A DNA stretch of 64,000 nucleotides from Hyphomonadaceae bacterium (GTDB taxonomy: Bacteria > Pseudomonadota > Alphaproteobacteria > Caulobacterales > Aquidulcibacteraceae), in assembly GCA_041398305.1 (NCBI GenBank), contig JAWKUZ010000002.1, positions 231,237 through 295,236 of the forward strand. The letters run 5' to 3'. The notes beneath the pieces are model-generated. The model worked only from the letters and a program-made list of their open reading frames with translations. It had not been told where the DNA came from and searched no databases. Shown here one piece after another: positions 59,257-64,000 of the stretch. The stretch's first letter is position 1. The number at the start of each line of letters is the position of its first letter. Position numbers and translations under genes: made by a program.

Positions 59257-59903
59257 TGTTTGACTGCGTCCTTTTGGTTTTCGGGAGCGGCGGCGATGAA
59301 GGCCGGATGCTTGCGCGCCCGCTCATCCCACGCGAGCAAATGCGGGAACGGCGTGAGGTCGGTTTTGAACCGGCGTGCGTTGGCCATTTGCGGAACGAGG
59401 CAAACGTCCGCGAGCGTTGGCTCATCGCCGAAGCAATATTTGGTTTCGGCGCGCTGCTGCGCTTGATGCTCAAGCGCATTGAAGCCGAGCTTGATCCAGT
59501 GCCGATACCATTCGCCGACGTGATCATCGTCAGCGCTGAACTCAAGCTTGATCCGCGTCAGCACGCTGGTGTTGTTCAACGGGTGTATGTCGGTGGCGAT
59601 GGTCAGCGCGAATGAACGCACCTGCGCGCCGAGCCAGGGGTCCGCCGGCATGAGACGCGGCTCGGGATAGGTTTGGTCGAGCCAGACTAGGATCGACATC
59701 GATTGCGTGATCAGCCCCTGCTCGGTCTCAAGCGCGGGTACGCGCATCTGCGGGTTCTTCGAGCGATACGGCTCCCGCATCTGCTCATCGACGCCAGGCA
59801 TAATATTGACCGGGATGCTCTCGTAGGCAGCGCCCTTGAGCGCGAGGCCGATGCGAACGCGATAGGCGGCGGAGGACCGCCAGTAGTCGTAGAGCTTCAG
59901 CAT
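59253..59903 (-). CDS. maiA: Maleylacetoacetate isomerase (zeta GST)
   Basis: YWRSSAAYRVRI.L.LK, DIHPLNN, LADVCLVPQ. Confidence 0.92.
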   Translation of the reverse strand: MLKLYDYWRSSAAYRVRIGLALKGAAYESIPVNIMPGVDEQMREPYRSKNPQMRVPALETEQGLITQSMSILVWLDQTYPEPRLMPADPWLGAQVRSFALTIATDIHPLNNTSVLTRIKLEFSADDDHVGEWYRHWIKLGFNALEHQAQQRAETKYCFGDEPTLADVCLVPQMANARRFKTDLTPFPHLLAWDERARKHPAFIAAAPENQKDAVKQ

Positions 59904-59936
59904 GCGCCCTGTGTTACTCCCGCCGGCGGCGCTGCG

Positions 59937-60527
59937 CTAGCCATGCTTTCCGGGCGACCAGCCACGTGCCGCTAAGTGCTTGTCCCCGCTCTCGACAGCG
60001 CCCGTCTCGATCGACGTCGCCATCGAGTCGTTCCAGCGATTGAGATAGCCGAACAACGCAATCACACCCAGGATTTCAACGACCTCGTCGTCGCTCCAGT
60101 GCTTGCGGAGCTCAGCGCCGATCGATGCATCGACCGCGTTTGGAACGCTAGAGGCCGCTTGTGCAAACGCGAAGGCGGCTTTCTCGGCTGGCGTAAAGAG
60201 ATCGCTACGCTCGTAATTCCAGATTTCGGCGAGGCGTTCGTCGCTGCCGCCATAGCGCTCCGCCGCGCGCGCCGTGTGCGCTTGGCAATAGCGGCAGCCC
60301 GCGGTGAGGCTTGCGATATAGCCGATCAGGCGCTTCTGCTCCGAGGTAACGCGCCCCTTGTTCTCCATCACCGCCTTATTGAGCTCGATGAAGGCTTTGG
60401 CGATCGCGGGGCGGCGCTGCATCGTGAGCACGCTGTTGGGTGGAAAGCCCAGCGTCTCGTTGAAGAAGCGCGCAAGCTCGGCAACCTCGGCATCGTGATC
60501 GGCGGCGAGCGGTTCAATCAGCGGCAT
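59937..60527 (-). CDS. Carboxymuconolactone decarboxylase/AhpD-family protein
   Basis: GF.PNS, GCRYCQAH, LFGYLNRWN. Confidence 0.82.
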   Translation of the reverse strand: MPLIEPLAADHDAEVAELARFFNETLGFPPNSVLTMQRRPAIAKAFIELNKAVMENKGRVTSEQKRLIGYIASLTAGCRYCQAHTARAAERYGGSDERLAEIWNYERSDLFTPAEKAAFAFAQAASSVPNAVDASIGAELRKHWSDDEVVEILGVIALFGYLNRWNDSMATSIETGAVESGDKHLAARGWSPGKHG

Positions 60528-61096
60528 TATTCGCCGATCCTCGACTTCGCCGCCGCATGCGCGGCGCGCGCTTTCTCGTGTAGCCAAGCCGCATGTTGCG
60601 GCGCCTTCTTGGTGCGGCTCCACTCCTCGAGCATGGCCGGCGCGACGCGCTTCAGTTCCGCCAACTCCTCGGCGCTGCCAGTATCGGCAGTGAGTTCGAG
60701 ACGATGGCCGTTTGGATCGAAGAAGTAGATCGATTTGAAGATGCCGTGATCGGTCGGACCAAGCACATCGAGACCCTTAGCTTCGGCGCGCGCCTTCGCG
60801 GCCATCAACGCATCCAAGCTCTCAACCTTGAAGGCGATGTGCTGCACCCAGGCCGGCGTGTTTTCGTCACGGCCCATGTCTTTCTGGTTCGGCAATTCGA
60901 AGAACGCCAGCACGTTGCCGTTCCCGGCATCGAGGAACACGTGCATGTACGGATCGTACTCGCCTGTCGAAGGCACATGATCTTCGGCGAAGGCAGTCGT
61001 GTACTCCATACCGAAGACGTCGCTATAAAAATCGACTGTCTCCTTCGCGTCTTTACAGCGATAGGCAACGTGATGGATGCCGTTGGTTATGGGCAT
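60527..61096 (-). CDS. VOC/glyoxalase family protein
   Basis: IHHVAYRC.DA.ET, PYMH.F.D, WVQHIAF, H..F.SIYFFDPNGHRLEL. Confidence 0.85.
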   Translation of the reverse strand: MPITNGIHHVAYRCKDAKETVDFYSDVFGMEYTTAFAEDHVPSTGEYDPYMHVFLDAGNGNVLAFFELPNQKDMGRDENTPAWVQHIAFKVESLDALMAAKARAEAKGLDVLGPTDHGIFKSIYFFDPNGHRLELTADTGSAEELAELKRVAPAMLEEWSRTKKAPQHAAWLHEKARAAHAAAKSRIGE

Positions 61097-61139
61097 GGCG
61101 CTTGCTCCCACCGTGACGGCAGGAGCGCGCCACGTGCTT

Positions 61140-61319
61140 CTATTCTTGCGAAACGTCCTTCGTGCGCGTTTTGCCGACGCCCATGGCAATGCCAAGGCCG
61201 AGCAGAACAAGCGAGCCGACGACGATCCATTGCGTCGCTACACCGAGCAGCGTCGCGCCATAGATCAGGCCGGCGAGAAGAATAAGAAAGCCGATCGCGT
61301 AAATGACGAATGTAGACAT
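61140..61319 (-). CDS. Small two-TM membrane protein (59 aa), below ORF-track cut-off
   Basis: MSTFVIYAIGFLILLAGLIYGATLLGVATQWIVVGSLVLLGLGIAMGVGKTRTKDVSQE fills the operon gap. Confidence 0.7.
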   Translation of the reverse strand: MSTFVIYAIGFLILLAGLIYGATLLGVATQWIVVGSLVLLGLGIAMGVGKTRTKDVSQE

Positions 61320-61400
61320 GACGTGTTCCCGTGTGACCGAATAGTTCCGGCCTATAAACGGGCGACACCGCGATTTGTGCCGTGGGTTCGGAACAAATAC

Positions 61401-62459
61401 TCATCGTTCGTCAGCAAAAATCTGGACTAGCTGCGGGCCACCTGCCGCTTGGTGCGCGCGATACATGCCAGGCGTATTCATCGCCCAGGCGAAATTGCCG
61501 CGTCCATCGAGCACGATAACGCCGCCATCGCCTACCGCGCCCTCGTTATTCGTGGTCGCGCCGACTTCAACCATCACGGCGTCGGCTGCTTCTTGCGCGC
61601 TCTCGCCGTTGAATTCCATGCGCGCGCAGATATCGCGGGCGACGCCGACGCGGATAAAGAACTCACCCGTCCCAGTCGCACTGACGCCGCAGACTCCGTT
61701 TTGCGCATAGGTGCCGGCGCCGACGATCGGCGCGTCGCCGACACGTCCCCAACGTTTGGCGGTAGTGCCGCCGGTCGAAGTGCCAGCGGCGATATTGCCG
61801 TACGCGTCGAGCGCCACGACACCAACCGTGCCGAACTGGTGATCGTCCGGATAAGTCATCTGAGCCTGCGGCGCGCGTGGCGCGTTTGCAGGGCGCTCCG
61901 GGATCGGCAGGTTGCTGCGGCGAAGATTGGCTTCAAGCTGCTGCCAACGCCGTTCGGTGAAGAAGTGAGCCGGATCGACCTCTTCCAAGTTCTGCGATCG
62001 CGCGAAAGCCTCGGCGCCCTCGCCCATCAGCATCACATGGCGCGACCGCTCCATCACCGCGCGTGCGGCGCTGATTGGATGGCGCGTGCGGGTCAGCCCC
62101 GCCACTGCGCCAGCGCCTCGGTTGCTGCCATCCATAATGGAGGCGTCGAGTTCGTTGCGGCCTTCGGCTGTGAACACCGCGCCACGACCCGCGTTGAACA
62201 ACGGATCGTCTTCCATTTGGCGAATGACAGCTTCGACCGCATCGAGCGAAGAGCCGCCGCGATCTAAGATGGCGCCGCCAGTAGTCAGCGCGCGCTGCAG
62301 GGCGGCGCGATACTGCGCTTCCACGTCCGGCGTAAGGCTAGCGCGCTCAATCACGCCGGCGCCCCCGTGCACGACAATCGACCAGCGCGGAGCAGGTTCA
62401 GGCGCGGTTGCGCATGCGCCGAGCGCCAAAAGAGCGATCGCTAGGATGGCTCGCATCAA
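61401..62459 (-). CDS. Isoaspartyl peptidase/L-asparaginase (Ntn hydrolase), lipoprotein
   Basis: HGGAG, FNAG.G, GTVG.VA.D, TSTGG, GRVGD, TG.GE. Confidence 0.9.
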   Translation of the reverse strand: MMRAILAIALLALGACATAPEPAPRWSIVVHGGAGVIERASLTPDVEAQYRAALQRALTTGGAILDRGGSSLDAVEAVIRQMEDDPLFNAGRGAVFTAEGRNELDASIMDGSNRGAGAVAGLTRTRHPISAARAVMERSRHVMLMGEGAEAFARSQNLEEVDPAHFFTERRWQQLEANLRRSNLPIPERPANAPRAPQAQMTYPDDHQFGTVGVVALDAYGNIAAGTSTGGTTAKRWGRVGDAPIVGAGTYAQNGVCGVSATGTGEFFIRVGVARDICARMEFNGESAQEAADAVMVEVGATTNNEGAVGDGGVIVLDGRGNFAWAMNTPGMYRAHQAAGGPQLVQIFADER

Positions 62460-63529
62460 CCTGCCTTGAGCACGCCGCGGCGGATCTGGTCGAGCTCAAT
62501 GCTCTCGAACAACGCTTTGAAGTTGCCCTCACCGAAGCCTTCGTTGCCCTTGCGCTGAATGAACTCGAAGAAGATCGGCCCAATCGCGTCCTTACCGAAG
62601 ATCTGTAGCAGCAAGCCCTGCCCTTCGCTCGGCGCGCCATCGATCAGGATGCGGCGCTTGCGCAACTCTTCAACCGGCTCGCCGTGACCTGGCAGACGCT
62701 TGTCGATCAGATCGAAATAGGTCTCGATCGTGTCCTGCAGCTGCACGTCACGCGCGCGCAGACGATCAACCACTTCGTAGAGATTGTCCGTGCCGAAGGC
62801 CAAGTGCTGGATGCCCTCACCCTTATAGCGCTGAAGATACTCCTCGATCTGATCGACCTTGCCTTCCTCGCCCTTCGATTCATTGAGCGGGATACGGATC
62901 TTGCCATCGGGGCTTGTCATCGCCTTTGAGAACAGGCCGGTGACTTTGCCTTCGATGTCGAAATAGCGGATCTCGCGGAAGTTGAAGATCTTCTCGTAAT
63001 AATCCGCCCAAGTCTTCATGTTGCCTCGGAAGACATTGTGCGTGAGATGATCGAGATAGGTAAGACCGATGGCGTTCTTCTTCTCATCGGCGCCTTCAAT
63101 CGGTTTGAAGTCAATGTCGTAGATGGTCTGCGCGCCGTAGCGATCGACCAGATAGATGTAGGCGCCGCCGATACCCTTGATCGCCGGGATGTTCAGCTCC
63201 ATCGGTCCAACTTTGCCTTCAACCGGCTCGGCGCCGCGCTTCACCGCTTCGCGGAGCGCATGCTGCGCATCCTTCACACGGAAAGCCATCGCGTTCGCCG
63301 ACGGCCCATGCGCATCGCGAAAATCAGCCGCTTGGCCAGCTGGCTCCATGTTCAAGATGAAATTGATGTCGTTCTGCTTATAGCGGACGACGTTCTTTGA
63401 ACGGTGCCTCGCGACAGCGGTGAAGCCGATCTGTTCGAAATACGCGGCAAGCTTTTCTGGTTCGGGCGAGGTGAATTCGACAAACTCGAACCCATCGGTC
63501 CCAATCGGATTCTCGAACAGATCGGCCAT
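62456..63529 (-). CDS. hppD: 4-hydroxyphenylpyruvate dioxygenase
   Basis: DHLTHNV, GEGIQH, LLQIF, FFEFIQRKG.EGFGEGNFKALFESIE. Confidence 0.96.
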   Translation of the reverse strand: MADLFENPIGTDGFEFVEFTSPEPEKLAAYFEQIGFTAVARHRSKNVVRYKQNDINFILNMEPAGQAADFRDAHGPSANAMAFRVKDAQHALREAVKRGAEPVEGKVGPMELNIPAIKGIGGAYIYLVDRYGAQTIYDIDFKPIEGADEKKNAIGLTYLDHLTHNVFRGNMKTWADYYEKIFNFREIRYFDIEGKVTGLFSKAMTSPDGKIRIPLNESKGEEGKVDQIEEYLQRYKGEGIQHLAFGTDNLYEVVDRLRARDVQLQDTIETYFDLIDKRLPGHGEPVEELRKRRILIDGAPSEGQGLLLQIFGKDAIGPIFFEFIQRKGNEGFGEGNFKALFESIELDQIRRGVLKAG

Positions 63530-63566
63530 GGACGTTTCCTCGAAGCTTGCGTTTGCCGGAGATTTA

Positions 63567-63580
63567 GTTTCATCTGTAAC
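63567..63580. promoter_or_regulatory. Candidate MarR operator between divergent hppD and marR
   Basis: Imperfect palindrome GTTTCATCTGTAAC in a 53-bp intergenic gap. Confidence 0.5.
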
Positions 63581-63582
63581 CA

Positions 63583-64000
63583 ATGGCAAGCGCAAAGCGA
63601 AAACCGGCCCCAGCGGAATTGCTGGTTCTGGAGGAGTTCCTCCCCTACCGGCTCTCGATCCTGTCGAACCGGGTCAGCCGCGCAATCGCGGCGCGGTACG
63701 CTAAGGCGTTCGACCTCACTATTCCGGAATGGCGGATCATCGCCGTGCTGGGCCGCAGGCCAGGATTGACGGCAAAAGATGTCGCCGAAGCAACCGAGAT
63801 GGACAAAGTCGCGGTCTCTCGCGCAGTGGCGAAGCTCGTTGCCGCGCGACGCGTCAGCACGCGCAGCGACGCCGCTGATGCGCGCAAGCAACTCTTATCT
63901 CTTACATTATCGGGCGAAGGCCTACACGCGCGGATCGCGCCATTGGCTTTGGCGACGGAGCAGAAACTGTTGACAGCACTCAGCGCGCAGGATCGCCGGC
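63583..64000 (+). CDS. MarR-family regulator (partial, runs off window)
   Basis: FLPYRLS.LSN.VS, PEWRI.AVL, MDKV.VSRAV; absent from ORF track because no stop in window. Confidence 0.85.
   Translation, partial: MASAKRKPAPAELLVLEEFLPYRLSILSNRVSRAIAARYAKAFDLTIPEWRIIAVLGRRPGLTAKDVAEATEMDKVAVSRAVAKLVAARRVSTRSDAADARKQLLSLTLSGEGLHARIAPLALATEQKLLTALSAQDRR

Overview
GC-rich alphaproteobacterial chromosome segment; gene content suggests Caulobacterales/Hyphomonadaceae (inference). Left to right: (1) a sulfate-assimilation operon (cysI, DUF934-cysH fusion, cysD, cysN, split siroheme synthase) with a LysR gene; (2) a K+/cation transport block; (3) a ~22 kb genomic island (11136-33103) bounded by a perfect 17-bp repeat of the tRNA-Ser(GGA) 3' end. 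The island carries a heavy-metal module (MerR, two methyltransferases, an RPP-ending leader protein, czcCBA-like RND, AhpD, P1B-4 ATPase, another methyltransferase, DUF411, CopC), an internal P4-type integrase/xis/VapE/ArdC core and an IetAS-like AAA-ATPase + S8 protease pair. (4) msrA, a double-FixL-PAS hybrid kinase, a disrupted M3 peptidase and an ars cluster; (5) a small GIY-YIG nuclease bracketed by two ~110-bp CGTC-tagged palindromic elements with compensatory stem changes, next to a GmrSD-like gene; this is the best candidate for an under-described system; (6) lepA, tRNA-Leu(CAG), an M49 peptidase with a TonB receptor, RNase D, and a MarR-linked tyrosine catabolic cluster with no canonical hmgA. 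Clustered frameshifts in lepA, the integrase and other genes suggest assembly indel errors, so pseudogene calls are uncertain. All family calls are from motif recognition by eye; no searches were run.
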